Shown: positions 1 through 13,798, counted from the first letter of the stretch. The stretch: 64,000 nucleotides of DNA from Octopus sinensis (GCF_006345805.1 NC_043002.1:103974001-104038000); one strand, 5' to 3'. The notes: a model not told the origin generated them from the letters alone. A program made the numbers and translations.

Positions 1-115
1 CCCTAAGTAAGGCATGTGTAAAATGTGAATGAAATTGGTTGTGTAGTTCTCAACTTTTATGGAAACAGACAGACAGACAGACAGACACACATTCCCAGTT
101 TTATATATATAAAGA
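1..115 (-). mobile_element. 5' end of a non-autonomous Helitron-type element running off the window edge
   Basis: Minus strand reads A^TCTTTATATATATAAAACTGGGAATGTGTG(TCTG)n: 5'-TC after a host A plus an internal (CTGT)n tract, like the Helitron 5' ends at 3577 and 14437. Confidence 0.6.
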
Positions 116-524
116 TGACAGAAAGTAAGTAAGCATTGCGTAGGACAACTTGTTTAGGAAGAGAACAATAATTTGGGGGCGCCATTCAAGTTCGTAGGTT
201 TTTGTGACCATGCAGCTGCATCTAGTTACTGAAATATATAGAAAGGTTTTCACAAACCCAACATATGAAAAGCATTTCGTATACAGATATAGCTACATTT
301 ATAATGAAATGGCAAGTCTGTGAGAGAGTGTTATTTCAGTTTTCAGTACAGTGCACAATCACGGTGTGGGTATTAAATCCTTCAAATACGACTTAGAAGA
401 ATACAATACCAGTAGAAATTTGAAACACCGTAGCGCTTCTTTGATAAATAAACACACACACATACACACATATATACATGCATACATATCTTCATAAATC
501 AAAACATAGACATATGTATATATA

Positions 525-655
525 CATACAAAAATACCCAGTTGTTGATGTCGAAATTTCAATGAAGGAACCTTGGATCTGCGTTAGAAAAGGGCTCTTT
601 CTCTATTCACAAGAAATCTTGAAATAAAACTGAACAATGACATAACTACATACAT
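525..655 (+). mobile_element. 3' UTR fragment of R4/Dong-like LINE (second copy at 1475-1590)
   Basis: AAAATACCC..GTTGTTG..GAAATT..CA.TGAAG..GATCT..GTTAGAAA..CTTTCTCT..CAAGAAA..TGAAATAAAACT is shared with 1475-1590; both adjoin (TACA)n. Confidence 0.6.
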
Positions 656-659
656 ACAC

Positions 660-1438
660 TTTCAAGATTATGAGTTTGCAATGCAGGAGCAGGAAATATT
701 AGCCAAATATCTGAGGCAGAGATGCAGGAAATGCAGTAAAATATGACAACCGATGCAGACATGTTGGAGTTAACACCGAAGATATCACCCACAGAGTAAG
801 CAGTTGACCGGAAGTGTCATCACGGTATTATCTACCGATGTGACATAAAGTTGTATCCGGGACACCGGATAACAAGATCCGTGGAAAAGATAGCCAGAGA
901 ACAAAGAAATAAGAACCTACAATGAGGTGGACAACGTAAACACTTAATTCAAAAGGAATACCAGTGAAAAACTCAATAAAATGTAAACACAATAGACCTA
1001 ATATATTGATTTGTGGTCTACGAAAAGAGATTGTGTACACTTATAGGAATCAGCTGCCCAGCGGATGTTAACAAAAAGATAAAGGGCTGTGAAAAAGAGA
1101 ATGTCTACACTGAACTATTGAAAACTCTGCAGCTACTGTATCCAGATTAAAAGTTCATGTTTATGCCTGTAATTATTGGGGCACTGGGATATGTAACACA
1201 CTGCCTAAAGACCAATCATGAAAAATTAGGATTCTCAAAATCAGAAACAGGAAAGCTGATTCGAAGACGACTACATATACAATTCTTCACCGGAACTGTA
1301 AAATTCTGTAATACGTTATAGAAGTATATCATTTAAGTATATATGAGCATGTCTAGATATGCAAGTAAATGCACAAGAGGATATACATGAAACAAAATAT
1401 AGAAATATGCATGCAAACATACACACAAACACACACAC

Positions 1439-1469
<31 letters not shown>

Positions 1470-1590
1470 CATACAAAAATACCCTGTTGTTGCTGTTGAA
1501 ATTCCAGTGAAGACGCCTGTAATCTAGGTTAGAAACCGGTTCTTTCTCTGTTGGCAAGAACTCATGAAATAAAACTAAATAAAGACTCAT
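660..1590 (+). mobile_element. Decayed 3' part of R4/Dong-clade non-LTR retrotransposon (zinc knuckle + restriction-like endonuclease + 3' UTR)
   Basis: Broken translation gives FAMQEQEILAKYL, NRCR.xGVNTEDITHRVSS*P, KCKHNRPNILI, LIGISCPADVN and FMPVIIGALGYVT, matching the CCHC / RPD / E..P / PVxxGALG motifs of RLE LINEs. Confidence 0.8.
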
Positions 1591-1653
1591 GTTGATACAT
1601 ATACACATACAAACATACATATATGCATGAATATGAACATATATACATATAAG

Positions 1654-1687
<34 letters not shown>

Positions 1688-1797
1688 TTATTTATATATT
1701 ATTTATATATTATTTATTATGCAATTTTCTAGATGGTGTAATTTAATTATTCATTTTGAATTGATAAAAGGTGGGTTTTTTTCTAATATTTATATAT

Positions 1798-1863
<66 letters not shown>

Positions 1864-3434
1864 TACATACATATATATTCTTTTACTTCTTTCACTCATT
1901 TGACTACGGCCTTGCTGGAGCGCATACACATACATATATACCCATACATACATTAAACTTTTTATCTCTTTTATCTCACGCAGGTATGTTTAAGCCATAA
2001 ATGACCTATTGCAATTTCGTTCCGGATCAACAGTTTCAATTTAATATCTGTCAAAAAAGAAAAAAAAACTGCAGGTGGAGGAATGAGCATTCATAATATA
2101 CAGGCGGAAAATGGAGTCGCTCCATCGACTTATATTAAAAAAAAAAAAAAAAAAAAAACAACTTTTAACTTACTATTTCTACTCTGTCACTTAGAGATGT
2201 TTACTTATATCATTAAGTAGAAGTCAGAAAGTTATTCCCAACGCTAAACATTTGCGATTGCATTCTCGTGTTATTTACCATGCTTACGGAATAAACATTG
2301 ATCATTCCGTTTTCAGGAATGCGACAATTATATACGATTGATGTTTATAATATTTTGTTATTGCTCTATATTGACCATGTGATCTCTACAATTCTTTTTT
2401 TCCCTATAAAACATGTTACGTTCCTTTTCGCCAAGTGTATGTTGCCAAAATAAAAATATAACATAAATATAATATTAAGAAAGCATGAATATCTCGAAGA
2501 CATCGATGGCATGGAATTTTGCTAATTAGGTTTAAGTCTAAGGCATGGCATAACCTGCATAAGACATCATTAATTTCTCGGAGTTCCCTACGAGTTAGGT
2601 ACAAAGAGAAAACAAAAACAGCCAAAATTTTTACTGAATTATGTGAGCAGAGGTTTGTGTATGCCTGTTTGTAAATATGCGTGTATGTATGTGTATGTGT
2701 GTTTTATGTATGCGTATGTGTGCTTTGAGAATGTGTGTGTTGTTTTCTTTGTGATGATCGTCAGAAGCAGAAACGGATATGATCGTATGCGCATATTCAT
2801 TAAACAGTTGACTAACAAGTTGATTTGTGTTCATGAAAATTCTAATGTTTCTATGTGATTCCTGTTAACACATCGCCCTCGTCGCCTTCCCCACTTCCGT
2901 CATGACTGCGCATCAAATTTTACATTAATATACTTATTATTTACATATGTTACGTTATCAGTCAAACATTTTCTGTTATATGATCCGATGAGAGCATTAA
3001 TCATAGAAATAGATACATGACAACACTTCAGTATACATAAATACACAAACATACACAGTCTTACACATAAATGTATACATGTATATATGCGTGTGTATTT
3101 ACATTAATGAATGTATATAATTCTGTGAGTATATGTATATATGTATATATATATATATATGTTTATCCATTTAGATGTATATGGTTACTTCATGTGCATT
3201 CGTGGCATCTGATAAATATCAAGTCCCTAATTATATACTTGTGTTTTTTCAAAGAGTTGGAAGTCTCAAATAGCTTTATCATGAACAACTAGTTTACATA
3301 ATAACTTGAGAAAACACACATCGTTGACAAGATTTTATTTATGCGACTGCTGTTTCAAGACGCTATCTCATCTATATATCAGAAATATATTACCATAGAT
3401 AAACACATCCAAAACTAAACATACATGCTTAGAA

Positions 3435-3522
<88 letters not shown>

Positions 3523-3576
3523 GGTGTGTGTGTGTACGCGCGTATGTGAGTGTGTGTGTATGTATGTATGTAAATA

Positions 3577-3960
3577 TCTCTCTCTATATAAACGGCAGTT
3601 TGTCTGTGCGTTTTCTGTGTGTCTGTTTTCTCGTACCCTCACTCTGACCACGGCTTTCAACCGATTCTGATGAAACTTGACACACACATAGCCCAATGAA
3701 ATAATTCAAAACTAACGCAGCGAAAATTTTGAAAAGTTCCCCCAGTTCTGAAAAAAATCGATAAATTCGACATGGGGTCGATAATCAGAAACCCAAACCA
3801 CAGACCGTCTAGGGGGCGCAACTCCACCTTTTTTAACTCTCAAAAAAATTTACCATCATTTTTTTTTTCATTTTTTTGCTATTTTTTGGCTATAACTCAC
3901 TAAAAATGCTTTATAGTTATTTCCCTTACAAACCTGAGCAACGCCGGGCGATACTGCTAG
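3577..3960 (+). mobile_element. Complete non-autonomous Helitron (384 bp)
   Basis: A^TCTCTCTCTATATAAACGG ... CCTGAGCAACGCCGGG hairpin ... CTAG^T: 5'-TC, 3'-CTAG, subterminal GC hairpin, A|T target, no TSD. Confidence 0.85.
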
Positions 3961-4399
3961 TATATATATATATTTAAATATTTGTGTGAGTGTGTGTGTG
4001 CATGTAAGTATGAAACACTATCCGTGCTTATGTGTGTAAGTGCCTGCCTAAAAATATATATTTGTATAAAACCGCATTGCTGATCATACCTCGGACATTG
4101 CACGACTTCTTCCATCCTCACTCTAGCAGTTATATGTATCTTGATAGCTCTTCCATACTCTCCTGTAATACAATGATGACCTATACACGCAACGTTCTAA
4201 AACATTAGATTGACAAAAAACAAAATGGAAAATTATTAATGACGTTACTTGGTGTATAGATGTTTACATGTAGAGAGAGGGGGTGAGAAACCCAGAGAGA
4301 GCGAGAGAGAGATAGTCAGATAGACAGGCATATAGATAGATATAAAAGCAGATAGTTGTATATGCGTATATGTGTATATATGTGTGCGTGTGTTTAATA

Positions 4400-4625
4400 T
4401 ATAGGTCGTCCCTATTTTGTATACTTTCGAGGCTTTCTTCCAAGGAATCTAATGCGCTTGGCTTAGAATTCCCTTGGGGGCTGCCCAGATCGGAGCAATC
4501 TCAAGATTAATCAGCCGAAATTGCGAAGATGATCCGGTTCTTGACTGATTACTGAGGGCTTCGAAAGTCCCGTCCGTGTTTTTTGTGTCGTCTTCTAAAT
4601 GTTTCACGTTCTTCTCCCAGTTTGT
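4400..4625 (+). mobile_element. Structured non-coding repeat, probably a Penelope-like terminal repeat (relatives at 13263-13400 and 28450-28659)
   Basis: Shared CCAAG(G/A)AATCTAATGC..CTTAG..CTTGGGG..GGAGCAAT..CAGCCGAAATT(T)GC..GATGAT..GACTGA..GGCTTCGAA; next to (TA)n. Confidence 0.5.
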
Positions 4626-4652
4626 ATATTTTTTTAACTTTTATATATATAA

Positions 4653-4684
<32 letters not shown>

Positions 4685-4879
4685 GCATATATATATGAAT
4701 ATAAGTATACCCACACACAAACATTTATATATATACACATGTGTATATGTATATATGTACACACAGGCACACAGTTTCTCGTCTAGTTATCCTACACATT
4801 TGAGTTTCGCCTTTAGGTTAACAGGGCCTTCAGGCAAGTCGTCACTGACAAAACCCACTGACAAAACTCAGACAAAGAT

Positions 4880-4891
4880 TGGTAGATCAAT

Positions 4892-4937
<46 letters not shown>

Positions 4938-5109
4938 TGATAGATAGATAGATAGATTGATAGATAGGTAGATAGATAGATAGATAGGTAGATTGATAGA
5001 TAGATAGGTAGATTGATAGATAGGTAGATAGATAGATAGATAGGTAGATTGATAGGTAGATAGGTAGATAAATAGATAGTGAGATAGATAGGTAGATAGA
5101 TAGATAGAT

Positions 5110-5171
<62 letters not shown>

Positions 5172-5175
5172 TAGG
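4880..5175. repeat. (GATA)n microsatellite
   Basis: Direct reading. Confidence 0.95.
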
Positions 5176-5987
5176 AAGGTAGGTAGCTATGTAGGTAAGG
5201 AGGTAGGGAGGGAAGGAGGTAGTTAGGCAGACAGGCAGGTACATTGACATACGATGTTCACTCTATTAATAGCATATTCCCGTTTGTGATTCACTATTAT
5301 TTAACTCTTGATAATCTGCACCAAAATATGGTACGGCATGTTTAAGCATTTGTTTTACTGCGGTACACGTAAGATTTCCACGTTTGTAATCCTCCAAATT
5401 AAACGGAAAGAAGGAAACTCCTCTGGAGAGGAAAACGGACAATTCTTTGGGTAGTTAGAGATATTGGTAAAATGATTTGGAATCGATAGCGTTAGGGTTG
5501 TTTTAGAGATTGTAGCAATTCTTGGCAGTTCAGCACCCAGATATCCCATCCAAATTTTGTTTGGAGATGAATTCCTAGAATTTACTTACTTATCGCACCT
5601 ACATGTATATTACAACTCTATTTAAAGTGTCGTTTACGGAAATGAGTCAAGTATGTTTGCACTTTGCAATATGTTTCGAATTGACAGCAGGAACAGCAGA
5701 GAATTATAAAATTTGCATGATGTGAACAGCATTTGCGATGATTTATTTTTAAAATGTAGTGTGGCAACGTGCGTATGATGAAGATAATTGGCAAGAAGGA
5801 ACAGATGCTACTCAGATACAAAACAGAGCTTCCTGTTTGTTCTACATTATAGAACAGATTTGTGATTTTAGAAATATTGAAACTGGAAAACACATGAATA
5901 TGGAGTCGACTCTGAATATAGAGAGTGCTATGCAAGTCAGCAGACTGGATAAAAATGAACTCAACTGCCATAGGGTCATGTGCAAAA

Positions 5988-6043
<56 letters not shown>

Positions 6044-6695
6044 TAATAATAATAATAATAATAAAACAAGAATGAAAATCGAAGTAAACATCCTATTACA
6101 ATATTGAAGAAAAGATACAAAAACATCAACTCATCAATTTTTTGTACATGCGCAGATGCAAAAAATAAAAGCTCGTAAGACATAAACAAACAAAAAAAGG
6201 TGTATTAGACTCTTACATTTTCTTTTTCGATTTCTTATTGATTTTCAGCATTCTTTTTTTATCAGTAAGGTATTTCAGAAAATTAAAAACGTAGTTTCTT
6301 TTCTCAGTCTTAACAAAGAAAAAAATTAGTAGTATACATGTAATAATTTATTTGACTGTAGATTTGCATTGAATCTTGCGATGATCTCGCACCACGAAAC
6401 ACAACGGAGAATTTGGATAAATATCATGGATGAGTGTGTGTGTGTTTTTGCGCGTGTTTGTTTGAGTGCATATATGTGCATGTGCACATAATCATATACA
6501 TGTATATATAAACATGGACAAACATACATATACAGACACACACTCTCGCATCTACCTATCTACTTATCTACCTATCTCTGTCTGTCTGGCTCTCTCTCTA
6601 TCTCTCTCTCTCTATCTCTCCCTCTCTCTCTCTTTCTATATATATATATACCTGTCTTTCCATGTACCTATCTATCTACTTATATGTCTGTATTT

Positions 6696-6809
6696 TCTTA
6701 CCAACCACATGGTTCCAGGTTCAGTCCCACTGCGTGGCACCTTCTGCAAATGTCTTTTATTGTAGCGTTGTGAGTTGATTTTGTAGGGGGAAACTGAAAG
6801 AAGCCAATC

Positions 6810-6812
<3 letters not shown>
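6696..6812 (+). mobile_element. Truncated tRNA-derived SINE, family B
   Basis: CTTACCAACCACATGGTTCCAGGTTCAGTCCCACTGCGTGGCACC..GGAAACTGAAAGAAGCC matches copies at 20127, 30936 and 37292. Confidence 0.75.
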
Positions 6813-6857
<45 letters not shown>

Positions 6858-6867
6858 AGAGAGATAG

Positions 6868-7082
6868 TGAAAGACCCCCTTCGGTCAAGACTGACCGTGG
6901 GTTTGCACCAGAAAGTTATCCTCCCAGGCACAAGTCCGGGCATGGTTGTTTATGGAAGACCAGCAGTCACCCATGCACACCGCCCCCCCCCCTCTCCACG
7001 CCACCAGTGTTATCCAAGGGAAAGGCAAAGGTGCCGATACAGCTTGGCACCTGCGACGTCACAACTCATTTCTACAGCTACT
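6868..7082 (-). mobile_element. GC-rich interspersed repeat fragment, probably a retroposon 3' region
   Basis: GC-rich block between (TA)n and (GCT)n tracts; minus strand ends in a GGTCAGTCTTGACC stem-loop. Family not identified. Confidence 0.4.
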
Positions 7083-7413
7083 AACGGTCACTTCCAATGC
7101 TGCTGCTGCTGCTGCTACTACTACAACCAATGAAATGCTGCTACAACGCCAACCAGCACCACCAGCACCACCACCACCACGGTCACTTTGCTCAAAACCA
7201 CATACCAAAAATGCTAGAAATGGCAGCCAAATAGGTCACCATTTCCCTACTAGTAAAAAAGTCTCCACAAACAATCAGGATTGCAACTTGTTGCAATTAA
7301 CCCTTTAATTATAATTAATATAATCCTTACCAAATATGGTCTTTTCCATACCGATAAACTACTAGGGGTGAAATTTATTAATTTATTAACTTAATTATAG
7401 TTCACCCTTTTTG

Positions 7414-7457
<44 letters not shown>

Positions 7458-7693
7458 ATATTTCGGAATGTTCGTTTTGCCAGTTTAGCCATAAAAACAC
7501 ACGCACTATATATTTGGTGTTACTTTGCTTCAGTGTTATTTATTTTTTACATTATCTTAATCTTATTTCGGCCAGAGTTCTTTCGTCACACTCCTGTGAC
7601 TTCACATAAAATGTCTTGCACACAAATATTTAGACGTATATATATATATATATAAATAAATATATATGTATATATTATATATGTGTATATATA

Positions 7694-7731
<38 letters not shown>

Positions 7732-7989
7732 TATCTGAAATTAGCAATGTTCTGTAGTGTTTCAATAAGGCCAGGTATTCAGCACAAACTGCGAATTGAG
7801 AGAGAACTGGCTCTTTATATACGTTCTCGACTAAGTCTTTAATCTTGTACAGAAGCATATATTTAATTTCTAAACGTATCAGGCCAGACTTGCAGAAGGT
7901 ACGAATATTCCAGATATTATGGTTCCTTAAAAATGGTTCAGACCAGAATAATTGTTTCTTTCTCTGTTGTCGGTTCTTGACTTACTCCA

Positions 7990-8330
7990 GCATCAATGTG
8001 TTACGCCACTCGCATCGCATTTTGTACATGACACATTTTAACCCAGTTTGCACTGCATTGGATAAAAAAGAAAAGCCATGAACCGCTGGTTTCATTCTAG
8101 TCTGATAATCAATTCCAATTGATGGACATTTATGCTAACCACTGAACAGATATGTAGATTGCGTCAAGGCACTTGAAGCAATCTTTGATCCGTGCTCTGG
8201 CCGCAACGTGGATATAGACATCATTTACTCTACAGCCCAGCACAAGTAACATCGACTAGATCTCTATTCAGGAGATATACCATTATATCTAATCATTACC
8301 ATAAGAAACATTCTTCTCACATCAACTGAT
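7990..8330 (-). mobile_element. Possible decayed hAT transposase C-terminal (dimerisation) remnant
   Basis: Minus strand ..KIASSAL..STYL.xSG resembles the STYLCESGFS motif; heavily disrupted. Confidence 0.3.
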
Positions 8331-8399
8331 CCTCGTCAATTAAAAGGTCCTGATAACCTTATTCTCCAATTCCGGTTCGCACAAATGATCACAGTACCA

Positions 8400-8900
8400 T
8401 TTCGTTGGTGACTGAGGTTGTGCAGATGAAATTGCTTCGAGGCCAGACGCAAGTTCTATACATTTGAATATGGCCATTTTGCTCAGAAATTGTTTTGGAA
8501 TAGAAGAAGGACTCGATAACTAGTATTTTCGAAGAGTATGCTTCTACAAACGACGTCCCCAAAGATTTGTTTTACACTCAGTCGCGTCAAATCCTGACAC
8601 AAGAAGGAAATATTTTCCTTATATATGCGAAGTCATCATTTGGAATGTGTGTGGAAGTGTTTTGAAAGGAAGTTCTTCAAAGAACATAATTTCTTATGAT
8701 GTAGTGTTGTGTCAAGTAACAGTATTTTACTTCATGTTGCTCGCGGTGAGGGTGTACTGTGGCAATTTTCTATCGAGATGGCTGTTACGTATTGATGGTC
8801 CATTTAGAGAAAGGATAAGAGAGCCAGTGGTATCTTATTCTCTCAACGCCTCTTCTTAGGCATGTAAATCAACTAACAACAGCATGGTGGCATCTAACCA
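8400..8900 (-). mobile_element. Possible highly decayed mariner transposase remnant
   Basis: Minus strand KILLLDTTLH.. and ..QDLTRLS weakly resemble the LLHDNARPH and YSPDLAP motifs. Confidence 0.25.
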
Positions 8901-9550
8901 TTCGCTTGCCTATGCCTAAAATATTATTATGGAATGTGTTGCTTCCTTTTGTTATTTTCACCATCATTATTCGTGTATTTTAGCTGTTATTATTGTTCTA
9001 GCATTGGCGGTTTTATCAATGTTACTGGTGGTGGCTCATGCCATGCTCGTTGGTAGCCAGTCGATAGGATTTCTGTATTTTCATTGAGCTATCTTCTGCC
9101 TTCCTCTTCATGCCAACGGAAACTATATCCAGCTCCTCTATACGTGCTCCTCTTCATCCCTTATCCTGACAACGTCTGAGAGTCAGATATGTTTGTGGTT
9201 GACGAAAGAGATGGATGTACGTGGCTTTTTGTATGTGCAAGTATGTATTTTATGGGTTTGAGGCAGCGTGGTGTTTTCCTCCGGAAGTATGACCTAACAA
9301 ATGCCCTTAGTCGCCCCCAATGCATTTGCAATTGCTGCTGCCTTAAGTTTTACTGGTGTTATTTTCGCTGTCGGCTGCGGTGTTGCTTCAGAGTGGTTAG
9401 CTGTTAAGTCCTTCGACTCGTTCTCCTTGCTCATGTACAAGTACAAATGTTAGCCGCATACACACACACACACAGGCACACATACACACATACACACACA
9501 CACACACACACAACACACACACATATAAATGTGTGTGTGTGCGTGTGTGT

Positions 9551-9855
9551 GGAGGTGCAATGGCGCAGTGATTAAGGCACCGGGAAAGCGGTCGTAGGAT
9601 CGCGGTTTCGATTCCTAGACCGGGCGTTGTGAGTGTTTATTGAGCGGAAACATCTAATGCTCCACGAGGCCCCGGCAGGGGGGGGGGGGGTGATCCCTGC
9701 CGTACTCTATCGCCACAACTTTCTCTCATTCTTCTTTCTGTTGGCCTGCTCGCTTAACCAGCGGGGTGGCATCATTTGAAGGCAAAAAAATGCGAAGTGC
9801 ATTGTGACCAGCGATATGTAGCAACATCTGATAGCATGGTCGGTCACCACGTGAT

Positions 9856-9862
<7 letters not shown>
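9551..9862 (+). mobile_element. tRNA-derived SINE, family C
   Basis: A-box-like TGGCGCAGTGA and B-box-like GGTTTCGATTCC, then AGACCGGGCGTTGTGAGTGT..GCTCCACGAG shared with 35595. Confidence 0.8.
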
Positions 9863-9904
<42 letters not shown>

Positions 9905-10904
9905 TACTTTTGGCCGATAAACTTGAGTGATTATATTTCAATATTTGCTCCAGCTGTCTCAGATTTCGATGGCAGAATATAACAATGTACAAGAAGATAT
10001 ATTTTTAAAAAATGAATCGTTAATTACGTATTTTAATGTGATAATGTGATACACGTGATCACTATTAAAGCAACATTATTAAAGTTCCCTCCCGCGATGG
10101 GAGATTCTGGCCTTGAGAGACGATACAGACAATCTCTTTAAAGTAAGTTGTTTACAACATGACATGTCAATAGACTTCACCATCAAACTCCAATATTGAG
10201 TTTAATGTAGAAATGTAGGACGAAAGTGTATTGTAGAAATGTATATAAATATAGAACTTTTCAGAGAAGCAGAGGAGGAAAAAAATATATAACCTGGAGA
10301 CAATATAAACTGATGAATACTTAATAATAATGATTATTGATAAATAATATCGGAGCTGTTTTCAGAAATTAGTGATGAATATGACAAGAATGCATAGAAA
10401 GCTTTAGGCCTAGTTCAGAGTGTATATGGTAGAAAATATAGCTGTACTGAAAAGTGTATATACGTAATATTGATAGACTGTTTGTTGTATTTGCACTCAC
10501 ATTAACTTGACTTTGCCTTGATACACTTACTACATATACAGCAACACAAACACGCAACAATGCAATGCAGATGCGCTATTCGAAAGCATGCAAACACTAA
10601 AACATAAATGTAAAAAGAGTTTAATGTATATGTTTATTATATACTTATTGATACGCACGCGCAAATGCACATATACGCTTACACTCACTGGCACATAGAG
10701 AAATATATACAGCGTAGCATATTACATGGTATTATATACGCATTTTATATTTACGTATTAATTTATCAGCATATTGACATAAGCATTTATGTACGTGGGT
10801 AGGTGTGGTGATGGATGTGTACGCATAACTACTTTTGAAGTGTATCTGTTCGTATTTATCTATCTATCTATCTATTTGTCTGTCCGTCTGTCTAGCTAGC
10901 TAGA

Positions 10905-11317
<413 letters not shown>

Positions 11318-12579
11318 CTCTGGGCGAATGATTAAGGAGAACACGATGCGACGTCGTTCATAGAACTTGAGACTGTCTTTACCATTTTCTTGTGAGCTCG
11401 CTTTTTGGTCATAGATTATTCTTATTTCAAACGTCCAGCCCTGCTCTGTTCCATGTCATACTAACTCTGCCTCAGGCTAAGGTTAATGATGAAAACATCA
11501 CTGGAAATATTTGACTGTTTGCTGATTAATTTACTGCGGTAGTTCCGCTGATTAAACCAGTGAATACTTGCTGTCAAAAGCCACGGAAATAGTTTTACAT
11601 TTGTCATTCTTTCTATATGTATACTTGATATATAAAAACAAAAATACGTAACTAAGTTAAATCTAATTAAATCTACTTTCACACCATTATGCCTGCAACT
11701 GTCAACACGCTAAAAGAATATCCTTCTCATGGTGATGGAGGAACTAAATAATTTTGAAAATCAAGTAGTAGGAGAAAGAAAGATGTAAGTATATGTTTTT
11801 AAAAAACCGCTCACATGGATCAGAATGAAGCCGGTTCGGGACGATTTTAAGAGGGTGTAAAAGAAGTATAAACAGTAACATCAAAGGGAAAAAGAAGCAA
11901 TCGTAAGAATATCTTCATTCTCACCAGACGAATTCAAATCTAATTAGGTTTCACAAACAGCTCGTTATGTTTATGTTTTCTCAAAAAAAAAAAAAAAAAT
12001 CCAAAAAGACAGACATACAAACGAAGAAAATGTCTACCATATACTGGATTGCATGCATCTCGGAGCACTTGGAAGGAAATAAAAAAAATTAATTATCGTA
12101 AGGAACTCATAATTTCTCACCATATCAACGTCATCAGCTTGAGAAATGCAGCAAAAACGGTTTCCATATATTTACGAGGAATGGCTTGTTAACAGCGACT
12201 ACAATAAACATGAAAGTACTTTTAATTTCAAATGTTACGTTTGGCTTGCAGATAGCTTTTAAAATGAATGTTTTAATAATTACTCAATAAGAAGCATAAG
12301 TGTTTTAATTTATAGCTTTTCAACAAGTGGAGAATTGTTGGAAGGTGCGTCAAGAACTTACAACAATGGCATTTAATGCATTCCGTTTAAAAAATGAAAA
12401 TAAAAACAAGTCGTGACTACGCACAAATCCATGGAAAACAGTTTAGTGTCGTCCACTTTTTGGTTGATGTGTCATCAAATATCGTAAAACATTTGAAACC
12501 TTGATCAGTGATATTTTCAAACTTGACACGTACAACAATATCGTCAGCAATAAATGGCTCTAAGCTAGAATTACTAGAC

Positions 12580-12615
12580 TGCAGCAGCAGTAGCAGCAGC
12601 AAGAGCAGCAACAGC

Positions 12616-12655
<40 letters not shown>

Positions 12656-12722
12656 TAGTAGTAGTAGTAGTAGTAGTAATAGTAGTAGTAGTAGTAGTGT
12701 AGCAGCAGCAGCAGCAGTTTTT

Positions 12723-12765
<43 letters not shown>

Positions 12766-12787
12766 CAGCATCAGCAGTAGCAGTAGC

Positions 12788-12854
<67 letters not shown>
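12580..12854. repeat. (AGT)n/(AGC)n trinucleotide repeat
   Basis: Direct reading. Confidence 0.95.
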
Positions 12855-12855
<1 letters not shown>

Positions 12856-13045
12856 GCTAGCAGAACCGTTTGCAAACCTATGATAATACTTTCGTCCGTT
12901 TTACTTTCTGAGTTCAAATTCCACCTAGGTCGACTTTGCCTTTCTTCCTTTCGTGGTCGAGGAGAAAAAAAAAAAACCACGTCTCAGCTGAGCAATGTGG
13001 TCGAGGTAATCGACCTAAAAAACCCTGCCCCGACATTGCTGGCTT
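12855..13045 (+). mobile_element. tRNA-derived SINE, family A (Nin/Deu-like central domain)
   Basis: GAGTTCAAATTCC B-box followed by GGTCGACTTTGCCTTTCTTCCTTTCG..GGTCGA; matches 51317 and 58301. Confidence 0.75.
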
Positions 13046-13176
13046 CGTCATTGCGATGGAGCACCAACCTTCTGGCACATCATTTTTGCTTTCATGCTAA
13101 TTCACTCTTTCCCTTTTTGAGACTGTTTGGTTTCTCGTTGACCGAACCAATTCCGCCCAAGAAATATATATATATC

Positions 13177-13212
<36 letters not shown>

Positions 13213-13262
13213 ACTATATATATAAGGATATAAGGAATATATATATAACAATATATAAGAAT

Positions 13263-13400
13263 AATCAGCCGAAATTGCGAGGATAATCTGGTGCTTGTCT
13301 GAGGAAAGAACACTTCGAATGACCCGTCCTTGTTTCTTTGTATCGTCTATATGGATGTTTTGTTGTCCCTTTTTGTATCACCAAGCTGTCCAGATGTTTT
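13263..13400 (+). mobile_element. Fragment of the CAGCCGAAATTGC structured repeat (Penelope-like terminal repeat)
   Basis: AATCAGCCGAAATTGCGAGGATAATCTGGTGCTTGTCTGAGGA..CTTCGAATGACCCGTCC is homologous to 4509-4575. Confidence 0.5.
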
Positions 13401-13666
13401 GCGTTCTTGTTCCATTTTGTATTACACACACACACAGACACACACATACCACACACACACACATATATATATATATATACATATATATATTATGAGAGGT
13501 AGTCATACATTTCATTTAGTACACTCGTACATGCACACGTACACACACCGACAGACACACACAAAACACAGGAACATGCATATATATATCAATATGCGTA
13601 CATGCGTATATATATCGATATGCATATATTTATGTGTATAGGTGTGCGTGTTTATGTATGTATATA

Positions 13667-13784
13667 CAGTGTGGGGCAAAATAGGCTGACACATTTGTAG
13701 GTTTAATAGCATTTTTTTTCATTCTTTTCTCTATTTCACTTTTATTAAACCTTCAAATGAGTCAGATAATTTCGCCCCAAACTG
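13667..13784. mobile_element. 118-bp Tc1/mariner-type MITE
   Basis: Imperfect 24-bp TIRs (CAGTGTGGGGCAAAATAGGCTGAC / rc CAGTTTGGGGCGAAATTATCTGAC) with TA on both sides. Confidence 0.75.
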
Positions 13785-13798
13785 TATATGTATATATA

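Noticed and set aside
1505-1550. Hammerhead-like GUGAAGA..GAAACCGGUUC in the R4-like 3' UTR
   Set aside because: C3 is missing, stem I is not adjacent, and the copy at ~560-600 does not keep the motif.
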